DNA from: an uncultured Gammaproteobacteria bacterium
Lineage (GTDB): Bacteria > Pseudomonadota > Gammaproteobacteria > PS1 > Pseudothioglobaceae
Reading direction: 5' to 3'
DNA length: 64,000 bases
NCBI GenBank assembly: GCA_902512035.1
Contig: CABXHG010000002.1
Span: 7,152-71,151 of the forward strand
The position numbers and the translations under genes were made by a program. Below the pieces are notes generated by a model that worked only from the letters and a program-made list of their open reading frames with translations, made no database searches and was not told the origin of the DNA. Shown in pieces: positions 8,321 through 18,578 of the stretch (positions are counted from its first letter, which is position 1; every line of letters begins with the position of its first letter).

Positions 8321-9691
8321 ATGAGGTCTGGGGGTTTGGATAATCATAAAAACAACATAGAGATTGAATTAAATGGCTTTTCAGGCTATGAATTAAAGCA
8401 TTCCAAGGAGATAGATGAGGAAATTACTCGCATCGGTCCAGGTACTCAAGCCGGAGAGTACTTACGAAGATACTGGCACCCAATTTTTATATCATCTGAA
8501 CTTGATGACCTGCCTGTAGTAATCAAAATTTTAGGTGAAGATTTAGTTTTATTTCGTGATAAAAGTAAACAACTAGGTTTAGTTCACAAGCACTGCCCAC
8601 ATCGCCAAGCTTCTCTTGAGTTTGGAATTTGTCAAACTACTGGAATTAGATGCTGCTATCACGGTTGGCATTTTGATGTGGATGGCAAAATTTTAGAAGT
8701 CCCTGGTCAGTCAGAACATACTCAAGAAATTATCAAGGAAAAAGTTCAGCTGGGTGCATATCCAACATATGAATTTAAAGGACTTATATTTGCTTATCTA
8801 GGACCTAAGGAAAAAAAACCAGAGTTCCCAATTTACGATAGTCTCAATTTCGATGATATGGAAATGGTCCCTTACAAAGCACCATTTGATTGCAACTGGC
8901 TTCAGGTACTCGATGCAATCGTTGATCCAATTCACACCTCATTTCTTCACTCAAACATGAGTCGACAACAATTCTCTGAAGGCTTTGGTGAAGTTGGACA
9001 AATCGAATTTGTTGAACGCGATAGTTGGATTCTTGGATGCAATACCAGAAGGGTAGGAAACAATGTTTGGTTTAGAATTAATGAAGTTGTTTTACCAAAC
9101 TTCACACAAGCCGGAGCTGCCTTTCAAGCTGATGGAACAAAAGAAATACTTTATGGCCGAAGTTCATTTACACGATGGGTAGTTCCAATTGATGATGAAA
9201 CAACAATCTGCTATGCCTGGGCTAATTTTGGCGATCGAGGCGATCCACTTGAATACAATACTCCCGAAGGGCCTGAACTTATAGAGCAAGGGGAGATATT
9301 TGATAGGCCTTATGAAGAGCGACAAAGATTTCCAGCAGATAGAGAGGCATGCGAAGGAATGGGCCCAATCAATATTCATAAAAATGAAAATCTATTGGCA
9401 AGTGACCAAGGCGTTGCAATGATGCGTCAAAGAATAAGGGAGCAAATCAGAGGTTTAGCTAATGGAAAAGAGCCAATAAAAGTTACCGATTTTAAAGAAA
9501 CCCCAATACCAACTTATGGAGGTGACTCAGTACTTAGCATTCCAAAAAATGATAAGGATGAAGATAGTTTCTTTAGTAAACTCGCTCAGGAATTCATTAA
9601 AATTCAGTTTGAGGTTGACGGTAAACCTGAAAAAGAAAGAATTGAAATTGTTTCTAATAAACTAAAAGAAATTCAGTCAAGAGAGAATTAA
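8321..9691 (+). CDS. Rieske oxygenase alpha subunit (phthalate 4,5-dioxygenase/LigX-like group)
   Basis: ITRIGPGTQAGEYLRRYWHP; Rieske CPH-x16-CCYH; CNWLQVLDAIVDPIHTSFLH; ENLLASDQGV. Confidence 0.87.
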   Translation: MRSGGLDNHKNNIEIELNGFSGYELKHSKEIDEEITRIGPGTQAGEYLRRYWHPIFISSELDDLPVVIKILGEDLVLFRDKSKQLGLVHKHCPHRQASLEFGICQTTGIRCCYHGWHFDVDGKILEVPGQSEHTQEIIKEKVQLGAYPTYEFKGLIFAYLGPKEKKPEFPIYDSLNFDDMEMVPYKAPFDCNWLQVLDAIVDPIHTSFLHSNMSRQQFSEGFGEVGQIEFVERDSWILGCNTRRVGNNVWFRINEVVLPNFTQAGAAFQADGTKEILYGRSSFTRWVVPIDDETTICYAWANFGDRGDPLEYNTPEGPELIEQGEIFDRPYEERQRFPADREACEGMGPINIHKNENLLASDQGVAMMRQRIREQIRGLANGKEPIKVTDFKETPIPTYGGDSVLSIPKNDKDEDSFFSKLAQEFIKIQFEVDGKPEKERIEIVSNKLKEIQSREN

Positions 9692-9705
9692 TAGACCAAA
9701 ATGCT

Positions 9706-10734
9706 ATGGTGAATCATAAAAAAATTAGAGTACACTTTAAGAGCAATCATGCTGATCCAGATTCATTCCCTCCAACAATTGAAGGGGAAAGTGTATTTGC
9801 AATCACTAAAGAAAGATATGAAAAAGCAGTTGAAAGTTATCCTGATTTAAAAGATAAGATTGATCCTGTTTTTGATTGGGACCTTGATAACTTCTATGAA
9901 TCCATGAAAACAGCTGAGGTTCTTGTTTGTTGGGACTTTCCAACAGAAAATCTCTCTGAAATAGCACCTCATTTAAAATGGATTCATATTATTGGCGCTG
10001 GCGTTGAGCATTTATGTCCGATGGATTGGGTACCTGACAACATCTCTGTTGTAAATAATCGTGGAGTTCATTCAGCCAAAGCTGGAGAATTTGGCCTGAT
10101 GAGTGTTTTAATGCTTCATACCCACATTCCTGAAATAGTTGGAAATCAAAAAAATAATTACTGGGAGTCTCTATACTCTTCTCCAATCATGGGTAAAACT
10201 TTACTTGTTATTGGGGTTGGAAATATTGGTTATACGGTTGCCCAAAAATGCAAACTACTTGGTATGAACATTATCGGTGTGAGTCGTCACGGAAAAAGCC
10301 TAGATGATGTTGATCAAATGGTTAATCAAGATAAACTTGATGAAGTTCTGCCCAAAGCTGACTATATATTTATGTCAACACCCAATACAAAGGAGACTTT
10401 TAACCTCTTAGATAAAAGACGTCAATCATTAATGAAGCCTGGTGTAGGAATCATTAATGTCGGAAGAGCTGCCACAATGGACTATGATGCTCTCGTTGAG
10501 AACCTAAACTCAGGACATATCAAGGCGGCAATTATTGATGTTTTTGATCCTGAGCCACTTCCATCAAACTCTACCCTATGGAGTACACCTAATCTGATGG
10601 TTATGCCTCATATTTCTGCAGATGATGGAGATACTTATATTCCTCTTACACTCGAGTTGGTGCTGATGAATCTGCAAAGATATATTGCGAATGATGAACT
10701 TAACAATCTAATTGACCCTAAATTAGGATACTAA
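9706..10734 (+). CDS. D-isomer-specific 2-hydroxyacid dehydrogenase
   Basis: GVGNIG Rossmann motif, NVGRA, DVFDPEP, MPHISA (Arg/Glu/His triad). Confidence 0.88.
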   Translation: MVNHKKIRVHFKSNHADPDSFPPTIEGESVFAITKERYEKAVESYPDLKDKIDPVFDWDLDNFYESMKTAEVLVCWDFPTENLSEIAPHLKWIHIIGAGVEHLCPMDWVPDNISVVNNRGVHSAKAGEFGLMSVLMLHTHIPEIVGNQKNNYWESLYSSPIMGKTLLVIGVGNIGYTVAQKCKLLGMNIIGVSRHGKSLDDVDQMVNQDKLDEVLPKADYIFMSTPNTKETFNLLDKRRQSLMKPGVGIINVGRAATMDYDALVENLNSGHIKAAIIDVFDPEPLPSNSTLWSTPNLMVMPHISADDGDTYIPLTLELVLMNLQRYIANDELNNLIDPKLGY

Positions 10735-11859
10735 ATCCTTATAATCCTCTGCTGCTGTTTTAGAAGCAGCCTTAAGGCTCTCATATGGATTTTCAAGAGC
10801 CTTTTTAATCGAAAGCTCATCATTGGCAATGCTATACGTATTATTAACACCGAATTTTTTTATAAAAGTTTTTGGGTCATCAACTGAACCTGCAATAACA
10901 ATAATTCTACAGTTATGTTGCTTCGCATAATTTATGACACCTATTGGCGCCTTACCCCTTTCGCTTTGACTATCAATCCGACCTTCGCCTGTCACAACTA
11001 GTTCAGCATCTAACAAATATTGTTTAAAGTTTAAAGTTTCAAGAACAATATTAATCCCTCTTTTAAATGCCACATTAATGAATACAGAAAAGGCATAGCC
11101 CAAACCACCTGCAGCGCCGGCTCCTGGTTGATCTGTAAAATTATGATTGAACTTCCTTGAAATGATTTCAGAGTAATGAGTCATAATGGTCTCTAGCTGG
11201 ACAATCATTTTATTACTAGCTCCTTTTTGGGCTGCAAAAATCGCAGAAGCCCCTTGATTACCGAGTAATGGATTATCTACATCACAAGCAATTTCAATTG
11301 AGACATTCTTTATTCGAGAATCCATTTGACTGAGATTGATATCTGATAATAAACTTAAGTCTTCGAAATCACCATTTAACACATTACCCGTAGAATCCAT
11401 AAACTGAACTCCTAAAGCTCTTAAAAATCCGTATCCTCCATCATTAGTTGCACTCCCGCCAAGTCCAATGATGATGCGATGTGCGCCTTTATCAAGTGCG
11501 GCTATTAAAAGCTGGCCCACTCCAAAACTTGAAGCAATCATTGGATTTCTTTTCTCTGGAGTTACTAGGTGCAAGCCACAGGCTTCAGCAATCTCTATCA
11601 CTGCTGTTTTTGAACTACCAAGCATGCCCCACTTAGCATTTACAACCTCTCTCATAGGTCCTTCGACCTCTGTATAGACATAGCTACCATTTGTTGCTGA
11701 TACCATTGCATCTACTGTACCTTCACCACCATCAGCGATTGGTATCTTGATGATTTCTGCTTCAGGAAGAACCTCTTTAAAACCTGCCTCAATTGCACTT
11801 GCCGCTTCAATTGCTGAGAGCGTTTCCTTGAAAGAATCAGGTGCAATTACTATTTTCAT
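10723..11859 (-). CDS. glxK: Glycerate kinase (GlxK/GarK family)
   Basis: APDSFKE, ADGGEGT, GLGGSATNDGG, TGEGRIDSQS; 12-bp tail-to-tail overlap with the dehydrogenase. Confidence 0.92.
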   Translation of the reverse strand: MKIVIAPDSFKETLSAIEAASAIEAGFKEVLPEAEIIKIPIADGGEGTVDAMVSATNGSYVYTEVEGPMREVVNAKWGMLGSSKTAVIEIAEACGLHLVTPEKRNPMIASSFGVGQLLIAALDKGAHRIIIGLGGSATNDGGYGFLRALGVQFMDSTGNVLNGDFEDLSLLSDINLSQMDSRIKNVSIEIACDVDNPLLGNQGASAIFAAQKGASNKMIVQLETIMTHYSEIISRKFNHNFTDQPGAGAAGGLGYAFSVFINVAFKRGINIVLETLNFKQYLLDAELVVTGEGRIDSQSERGKAPIGVINYAKQHNCRIIVIAGSVDDPKTFIKKFGVNNTYSIANDELSIKKALENPYESLKAASKTAAEDYKDLVS

Positions 11860-11918
11860 TTAATTAAAATCGCCTTATATATCAAAATTTTGTCAACTGA
11901 GAGCAGGAAACACAAATT

Positions 11919-12785
11919 TTAATTATATTTTTTACCCCAGCGCTCTAGTGATATTGTAGCAATAAAAATAATAGACATTCCTATCCATTGATTTATTCCA
12001 AGTGCATCCTGCAAAAGCATCACCCCTAGAAGAATGGTGAATACTGGTTCTAGGTACATTACATTAGATGTTCTTACTGGACCGACAATAGAGATTGATT
12101 TAAAGAAAAAATAAAACCCCCCACTCATACCCATTGCTGAAAGAATACTCCACATGAGCATCTCTGAAGATACAGAAGAGATTGGATCTGAAGTAACAAC
12201 AAAATAAATACACACAAATATCAGTGCAGGCAAGATAGTAATGTATTTAACGAGACCCCAGCCCGATTCAACGCTTTCATGCCTTGATAGAATATTTACA
12301 GTAACTTGAGCACATGAGGCAACCAAACCCCAAAACACTCCCCACATATTCCAATCACTTGAGTCGCCCTGGACCAAAACCCAAATTCCAAATAACGAGA
12401 CTAAAAGAGCTGCTACTGATAAAAAATCAATTGATCTACTTTTGATGAGAGAATTAACAAAAAAAGTAATGATAGGAAAAGTATAAATCACCACTACAGC
12501 AAGGCTCAGCGGAATCAACTTGATTGAATACATGTAAGAAGAAATAAAGAGGGCCTGGAACAGACTTATTAAGATGAGTCTAGTATGGGCTGATCTAGTT
12601 TTAGCTTTCTTGGGAGACTTATTTAAAACACTTGCAAATATAAAGGTGCTGACATAGCGTACAGAGAGAAGAAGGAATACAGTTCCTCCGACTCCATAAA
12701 AGTACGGGACTACTGTAGCAGCAAGAGAGAAAAAGAATGCTGCCAGTATTGCCGTGATAACACTTGCCGATAGATTATTAGACAC
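11919..12785 (-). CDS. DMT/EamA family transporter
   Basis: About 10 hydrophobic segments in two repeats; YTFPI and YLEPVF motifs; GTG start. Confidence 0.85.
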   Translation of the reverse strand: MSNNLSASVITAILAAFFFSLAATVVPYFYGVGGTVFLLLSVRYVSTFIFASVLNKSPKKAKTRSAHTRLILISLFQALFISSYMYSIKLIPLSLAVVVIYTFPIITFFVNSLIKSRSIDFLSVAALLVSLFGIWVLVQGDSSDWNMWGVFWGLVASCAQVTVNILSRHESVESGWGLVKYITILPALIFVCIYFVVTSDPISSVSSEMLMWSILSAMGMSGGFYFFFKSISIVGPVRTSNVMYLEPVFTILLGVMLLQDALGINQWIGMSIIFIATISLERWGKKYN

Positions 12786-12819
12786 AGTCAGTTAAGAATC
12801 ACAAATGATAAGAGCCTGC

Positions 12820-12849
12820 ATTTTAAGTCTCTTGGAGAGAGAACGTCAA
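12820..12849 (-). promoter_or_regulatory. Sigma70 promoter for the DMT gene
   Basis: Minus strand TTGACG-N18-TAAAAT, 35 bp upstream of the start. Confidence 0.55.
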
Positions 12850-12862
12850 GAAATAATTTAAT

Positions 12863-13573
12863 TTAGGCCTGAATCTTTTTCATTATTGATTCAGGATCAT
12901 TGGTGGTAATTGAACTTGCTCCCCACTCGATTAACTGAAATGCGACATCAGCATCATCTATCGTCCATGAGTGGTACTCCAAGCCTGAGTCAATAACCTT
13001 TTCCACAAATAACTTTGAAGATTCATTGTCGGTCGAGATTCCATTCGCTTTTATTTTTAAAGCTTCTTTAATTACATCATCAATATCTCGAGCATCTTCA
13101 CAAGAATAGAGAAAAAATGCTTTGTAAACTGGATTTATATTCTTTACCGTTTTAATGACATCAGAATTGAATGAAATAATTACTATCTGATCAGCATTCA
13201 TTTTGGATTTGGATAGCTGACTCAATAGCGGAGAGACAATTTCAGTGCCACACTTGATTTCAATGAAAATTTTCTTTCCTTTTGGAACAGTCTTGATAAC
13301 TTCAGTTAGTGTTGGAATTTTTATATTGAGGCTAGTATCACCTTCGTAGTAGAGCTCTAACTTTTTTAAATCTTGAAGAGTAGATTTATGAATGATTGCC
13401 GTAGTCTTACAAACTCTCTCAGTATCATCATCATGAATACATACAATTTCGCCATCTTTAGTCAGATGGAAATCGCCTTCGATTCCATCAACACCCTGCT
13501 CCCAAGATGCCTCGAAAGCTGGAAGCGAGTTTTCGGGTAAAGTAAATGAGACTCCACGATGCGCAATAATCAT
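12863..13573 (-). CDS. Cytoplasmic glycerophosphodiester phosphodiesterase (UgpQ-like)
   Basis: IIAHRG, PENSL, IEGDFHLTKDG, HD, IEIK, WTID, ITTNDP; no signal peptide. Confidence 0.9.
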   Translation of the reverse strand: MIIAHRGVSFTLPENSLPAFEASWEQGVDGIEGDFHLTKDGEIVCIHDDDTERVCKTTAIIHKSTLQDLKKLELYYEGDTSLNIKIPTLTEVIKTVPKGKKIFIEIKCGTEIVSPLLSQLSKSKMNADQIVIISFNSDVIKTVKNINPVYKAFFLYSCEDARDIDDVIKEALKIKANGISTDNESSKLFVEKVIDSGLEYHSWTIDDADVAFQLIEWGASSITTNDPESIMKKIQA

Positions 13574-13613
13574 AAAGTCATTCTACAGAAAATCTAGTGC
13601 AAGCTTAGTTCAC

Positions 13614-15062
13614 TTAAAACAGTGAAACAGACAGATTCATCCAATAGCTAGGCATCAAACCGATTATTAAAATGAGTGCACCATTGATAGATAAAACGAC
13701 TTTCAGATCTATTGGAGCTGAAAGAACTATTTCTTTATCTGCATCATCAAAGTACATCGTTTTAATAATTTGCAAATAGTAATAAGCACTGATGACTGCA
13801 AAAATAACCGCGATGACAGCAAGAATGACATACCCCTCGGAAACCACTTGCTGGAGAATAAATAGTTTTGAATAAAAACCAATAAATGGAGGGACCCCTG
13901 CCATAGATAGCATCACTGCAAGCATGATTAAAGCAAACCAGGGTGAATGTTTACTCAAACCTCTAAAGTCAGAAATTTGATCCGCTTCAAAGCCACTTCG
14001 ATTTAATACGATGATCGATCCAAAGGCAGCCAAACTCATTAAGATATAAGCAAATACATAAAAAATAGCTGATCCATAACCCTCTAAAACACCAGTGACA
14101 AAGCCAAGAAGCACAAATCCAATATGCGATATTGTTGAGTATGCAAGCATTCTCTTAATATTGACTTGAGTCAATGCAACAAGTGAACCAACAGCGATTG
14201 AGAGAATGGCGAGAATCATAAATAGGTCCGCCCAGTAGTGCTGGAAATCACTCAAGCCATCAATCAAGAGACGCACTAATAGTGCAACAGCTGCTATCTT
14301 TGGAACTGTTGATAAAAACATAGTAACCGAGGTTGGTGAGCCTTGATAAACATCTGGAACCCACATATGAAATGGCACCGCACCAAGTTTGAATGCAACT
14401 CCAATGACTAAGAACACAAGTCCAAAATTTAGGATCAGGGTTTCTTGAGGCTCTAGTGTAGCAAGACTTGCAAAACTTGCTATCTGAGCAATATCAAGGT
14501 TTCCAGTTATTCCATAGATCATTGACATTCCATACAATAAGAGACCAGATGCAATTGCTCCAAGAACAAAATATTTAAGTGCTGCTTCTATTGCAAAAGC
14601 TCTATCTCTTGCTGTTGCTATAAGAGCATATAGGGAAAGAGACATAATCTCTAGGCCAAGATATAAAGTTAGAAGGCTGTGCCCAGATACCATGACAAGC
14701 ATTCCTAAAATTGACATGAGTGCAAGAATGAAATACTCATTTCTTAGAAGGCTATGAACACTTAGGTAGTATCGTGAATAGACCAGCGCAATAATTGAAA
14801 AACCAGCTATAAAGACTTTAAAAGTCGATCCCAATGTATCGAGCACGAACGTTCCAGAGAATATGGTCGCACTCTCTCCAATTAAATTAAATGCCAACAA
14901 ACCAGTTATTAGGAGAGCTAGTTGCGATAGATGGTAAGTAAACTTTTTTAGCTCTTCCTTTACATACAAATCGAACAAAAGAATACAAGAGATTGCTGCC
15001 AACAAAAATAGCTCTGGCATTACAAATATTAGTTCTGAAATATTAAAGTTAAAATTCATCAT
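13614..15062 (-). CDS. nuoN: NADH-quinone oxidoreductase subunit N
   Basis: EAALKYFVLG, FKLGAVPFHMWVPDVYQG, KRMLAYSTISH. Confidence 0.97.
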   Translation of the reverse strand: MMNFNFNISELIFVMPELFLLAAISCILLFDLYVKEELKKFTYHLSQLALLITGLLAFNLIGESATIFSGTFVLDTLGSTFKVFIAGFSIIALVYSRYYLSVHSLLRNEYFILALMSILGMLVMVSGHSLLTLYLGLEIMSLSLYALIATARDRAFAIEAALKYFVLGAIASGLLLYGMSMIYGITGNLDIAQIASFASLATLEPQETLILNFGLVFLVIGVAFKLGAVPFHMWVPDVYQGSPTSVTMFLSTVPKIAAVALLVRLLIDGLSDFQHYWADLFMILAILSIAVGSLVALTQVNIKRMLAYSTISHIGFVLLGFVTGVLEGYGSAIFYVFAYILMSLAAFGSIIVLNRSGFEADQISDFRGLSKHSPWFALIMLAVMLSMAGVPPFIGFYSKLFILQQVVSEGYVILAVIAVIFAVISAYYYLQIIKTMYFDDADKEIVLSAPIDLKVVLSINGALILIIGLMPSYWMNLSVSLF

Positions 15063-16606
15063 AACATGCCCGGTATTTTAGTTGTAAGTGCCTGCTCTAA
15101 GAGGTTAGCTATACTAACATGCATGACTTCAATGACTGGCTGGGGATAAACTCCCATCCATAAAACTGCAACTGCAAGTAATGCGAGAATACCAAACTCT
15201 CTCGAATTAATATCATTTAGTTTGCTAACCTCCGGATTTATGACTGGCCCCCAAAAAACACGTTTAACCATCCACAGCGTATAAGCTGCTCCAACTATCA
15301 AAGTCATAGCTGCTAAAAATGCATACCAAAAGTTTGCTTGAAGCGCGCCTAGAATAACCATAAATTCACCCACAAAACCTGAGGTTCCAGGAAGTCCTGC
15401 ATTTGCCATTGCAAAAAGTACAGCAAACCCTGTAAATTTAGGCATTGAATTGACCACACCACCGTATGTCGAAATCTCTCTTGAGTGCAGTCGATCATAA
15501 AGCACCCCAACTACTAGGAACATCGCTGCAGATATAAAGCCATGTGAAACCATTTGAATCATTGCTCCTTCTAGTCCAAGGTATGCACTCTCTATACTTG
15601 CCCCTGCAATCGATAATAGTTCTCCACTTGAATCCATCTTCATAATTGAAAATAGTGCAAATACACCCAAAGTAACAAATCCCATATGCGAGATTGAAGA
15701 GTAGGCTATCAATTTCTTCATGTCTTTTTGAACTAGAGCAACAAAACCAATATAGACAATCGCAATCAATGAGAGCACAATGACTGCAAAAGCAAAATAC
15801 GATGATGCATCAGGGGTAATAGGAAGAGAGAATCTAAAGAATCCATAACCACCCATCTTCAACATAATAGCTGCCAGTATCACAGAGCCTCCTGTAGGCG
15901 CTTGAACATGCGCATCTGGAAGCCATGTATGGACTGGGAACATTGGAACTTTAACAGCAAATGCAAGAAAAAAGGCCCAGAAAATCCAGCTTTGCTGGGC
16001 TAGTGTCAATGGCAGACTGTGCATATCAGAAATCGCAAATGAGCCGCCAAGATTGTACATATAGATCAATGAAACCAGCATAAATACTGACCCCAGAAAT
16101 GTATATAAAAAGAACTTAATCGCAGCATAGACTCTGTTTTGACCACCCCAGACGCCAATGATTAATAGCATTGGAATAAGTGATGCTTCCCAAAAAACAT
16201 AATAAAGCATGGAGTCCATGGCTGAGAATACACCAATAATAATTCCTTCCATTATTAAAAATGCGGCCATATAATCAGCCACTCTATTTTGTATAACCTC
16301 CCAGCCGGCAATGATTACTAATATGGTCGAAAAGGTTGTTAGGATAATCAAAGGCATTGAAATTCCATCGACACCAAGATGATAAAAAATATTGAATTGT
16401 GATATCCAGCTTGTTTTTTCAACGAACTGCATTGCTGAGGTTGAGGTATCAAAATCTAAAAATAAATTGATAGATAGAACAAAAACCAATAGTGATATAA
16501 CAACGCTAGTCCACTTTGCAGCCGAACTTCTCTCGTTTCCGATTAATAGGACTGAGCCGCCTCCTAGAATAGGTAGCCAAATTAAAATACTAAGCAATGA
16601 ATCCAT
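15059..16606 (-). CDS. nuoM: NADH-quinone oxidoreductase subunit M
   Basis: AVKVPMFPVHTWLPDAHVQAP, KKLIAYSSISHMG. Confidence 0.97.
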   Translation of the reverse strand: MDSLLSILIWLPILGGGSVLLIGNERSSAAKWTSVVISLLVFVLSINLFLDFDTSTSAMQFVEKTSWISQFNIFYHLGVDGISMPLIILTTFSTILVIIAGWEVIQNRVADYMAAFLIMEGIIIGVFSAMDSMLYYVFWEASLIPMLLIIGVWGGQNRVYAAIKFFLYTFLGSVFMLVSLIYMYNLGGSFAISDMHSLPLTLAQQSWIFWAFFLAFAVKVPMFPVHTWLPDAHVQAPTGGSVILAAIMLKMGGYGFFRFSLPITPDASSYFAFAVIVLSLIAIVYIGFVALVQKDMKKLIAYSSISHMGFVTLGVFALFSIMKMDSSGELLSIAGASIESAYLGLEGAMIQMVSHGFISAAMFLVVGVLYDRLHSREISTYGGVVNSMPKFTGFAVLFAMANAGLPGTSGFVGEFMVILGALQANFWYAFLAAMTLIVGAAYTLWMVKRVFWGPVINPEVSKLNDINSREFGILALLAVAVLWMGVYPQPVIEVMHVSIANLLEQALTTKIPGML

Positions 16607-16614
16607 ACCCCTAC

Positions 16615-18576
16615 CTAACTAAAAAATGAATAATCTGAAGCTATAAGCACCCAGCCTAGAACAAGCATTAGACTGACAATCATGAAGAATGCATAGTGGT
16701 ATACATAGCCCGTTTGAACTGGTCTAATTAAGACACCTAAGTAGCGCGCAAGTTTTGCACTTCCATTTACAATAACTTTATCGATAAGTGTCATATCTGA
16801 AATCTTCCAGAGAAGGTTTCCAAGCTTTACAGAGCCTTTGACAAAGACAATATCGTTTAATCTATCAAAACCATAAAGTGAGTTGAGCACATAATTGGTT
16901 CTTTTGAACCTTGATTGAATCTGATCCGCCCAATCCGTTCGATAAAGACAAAATACCCATGCCGAAACTGCTCCGCCAACCATCATCCAAAAAGGTGGAG
17001 TGGCAACTGAATGAGTGAGGAGTACAAAAGCAGAATAAAAATGATCCTTGAGTTCTGCAAGAGCATGATGTGAAGAGTCAATAGTGATAGCATTATCAAG
17101 CCAGCCACCAAACAGCATTGGCTCTATAGTGAAGTACCCAATGATCACTGAAGGAATAGCTAGAAGGACAAGTGGAACCGTAATGGATAGGCCTGTCTCA
17201 TGAAGCTGCTCTTCAGTATGACTATCCAATCTAGATTCGCCATGAAAGACCAAAAACAGAAGTCGCAAACTATAAAAAGCCGTGATAAAAACGCCAATCA
17301 AAACAGCAAAGTAAGCCCATCCAGCAAATGGCAAATCAGAATAATGAACTGCCTCAATAATCATATCTTTTGAATAAAAGCCAGCAAAACCAGGAAAGCC
17401 AATTAAAGCCAATGTCCCTAGAAGTGAAGTGATATAAGTGATAGGCATTTTCTTTCTAAGTCCACCCATTTTTCGAATATCTTGCTCATGATGAAGGGCG
17501 ACAATCACTGATCCAGCAGCTAAAAAAAGCAAGGCCTTGAAAAATGCATGTGTCATGAGATGAAATATTGCAACAGAGTAAGCACTCACTCCGAGTGCAA
17601 CTGTCATATAGCCGAGCTGCGAAAGAGTTGAGTATGCTACCACTCTTTTAATATCATTTTGAACGATACCTAAAAGCCCCATGAATAATGCTGTCACAGC
17701 ACCAATAACCATTACAACAGTTAGTGCAACATCACTTAACTCAAACAATGGTGACATCCGTGACACCATAAATATGCCTGCTGTAACCATTGTTGCAGCG
17801 TGAATTAGAGCTGATATTGGAGTTGGGCCTTCCATGGATCCTGGAAGCCAGACATGTAAAGGCACTTGAGCTGACTTACCCATTGCTCCAACAAATAATA
17901 GAAGGCAAACAATGGTTGTGGCGGAAAAACCACCAAACAATGTTTGTCCAATAATTAGATCTGTTTGGCTAAAAGTTTCTGCATAGTCAAGCGTACCAAA
18001 AAACATCAAAACAAATGCAATACCTAAAAGGAATCCAAAATCTCCCACCCGGTTTACTAGGAAAGCTTTTAAATTTGCTTCAATGGCTGACTCTTTGTGA
18101 TGCCAAAAACCAATCAATAAATAAGACACTAGTCCAACAGCTTCCCACCCAAAAAACAACTGCATAAAGTTATTTGAGATTACAAGAGTAAACATGGCAA
18201 ATGTAAATAAAGAAATATAACTAAAAAACTTAGTATATCCCTTGTCTTCATGCATATAGCCTATGGTGTAAATGTGCACCATTAGAGAGACAAATGAGAC
18301 AACAACAAGCATCACTGAGGTTAGTTTGTCCACTAGGAATCCAACACTGATATTTAAGCCTCCAATTTGCATCCATGTATAGATATTTTGGTTAAAAATA
18401 TCAGCATCATTTAAAACGTGGTGATTGAATACATATAGAGACAGAACAGTAGAAACAGCAACGCCTAAAATTGTAATGGAATGTGAAAGCTTTCTGCCTA
18501 TTCTATTCCCTGCAAGTCCAACGACTATTGAGCCAAGTAGAGGAGCAAGAACAATAGTTAGATAAATATTTAGCAT
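16615..18576 (-). CDS. nuoL: NADH-quinone oxidoreductase subunit L
   Basis: GKSAQVPLHVWLPGSMEGPTPISALIHAATM; ATG 18576 preferred over GTG 18579 on RBS spacing. Confidence 0.97.
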   Translation of the reverse strand: MLNIYLTIVLAPLLGSIVVGLAGNRIGRKLSHSITILGVAVSTVLSLYVFNHHVLNDADIFNQNIYTWMQIGGLNISVGFLVDKLTSVMLVVVSFVSLMVHIYTIGYMHEDKGYTKFFSYISLFTFAMFTLVISNNFMQLFFGWEAVGLVSYLLIGFWHHKESAIEANLKAFLVNRVGDFGFLLGIAFVLMFFGTLDYAETFSQTDLIIGQTLFGGFSATTIVCLLLFVGAMGKSAQVPLHVWLPGSMEGPTPISALIHAATMVTAGIFMVSRMSPLFELSDVALTVVMVIGAVTALFMGLLGIVQNDIKRVVAYSTLSQLGYMTVALGVSAYSVAIFHLMTHAFFKALLFLAAGSVIVALHHEQDIRKMGGLRKKMPITYITSLLGTLALIGFPGFAGFYSKDMIIEAVHYSDLPFAGWAYFAVLIGVFITAFYSLRLLFLVFHGESRLDSHTEEQLHETGLSITVPLVLLAIPSVIIGYFTIEPMLFGGWLDNAITIDSSHHALAELKDHFYSAFVLLTHSVATPPFWMMVGGAVSAWVFCLYRTDWADQIQSRFKRTNYVLNSLYGFDRLNDIVFVKGSVKLGNLLWKISDMTLIDKVIVNGSAKLARYLGVLIRPVQTGYVYHYAFFMIVSLMLVLGWVLIASDYSFFS

Positions 18577-18578
18577 CA

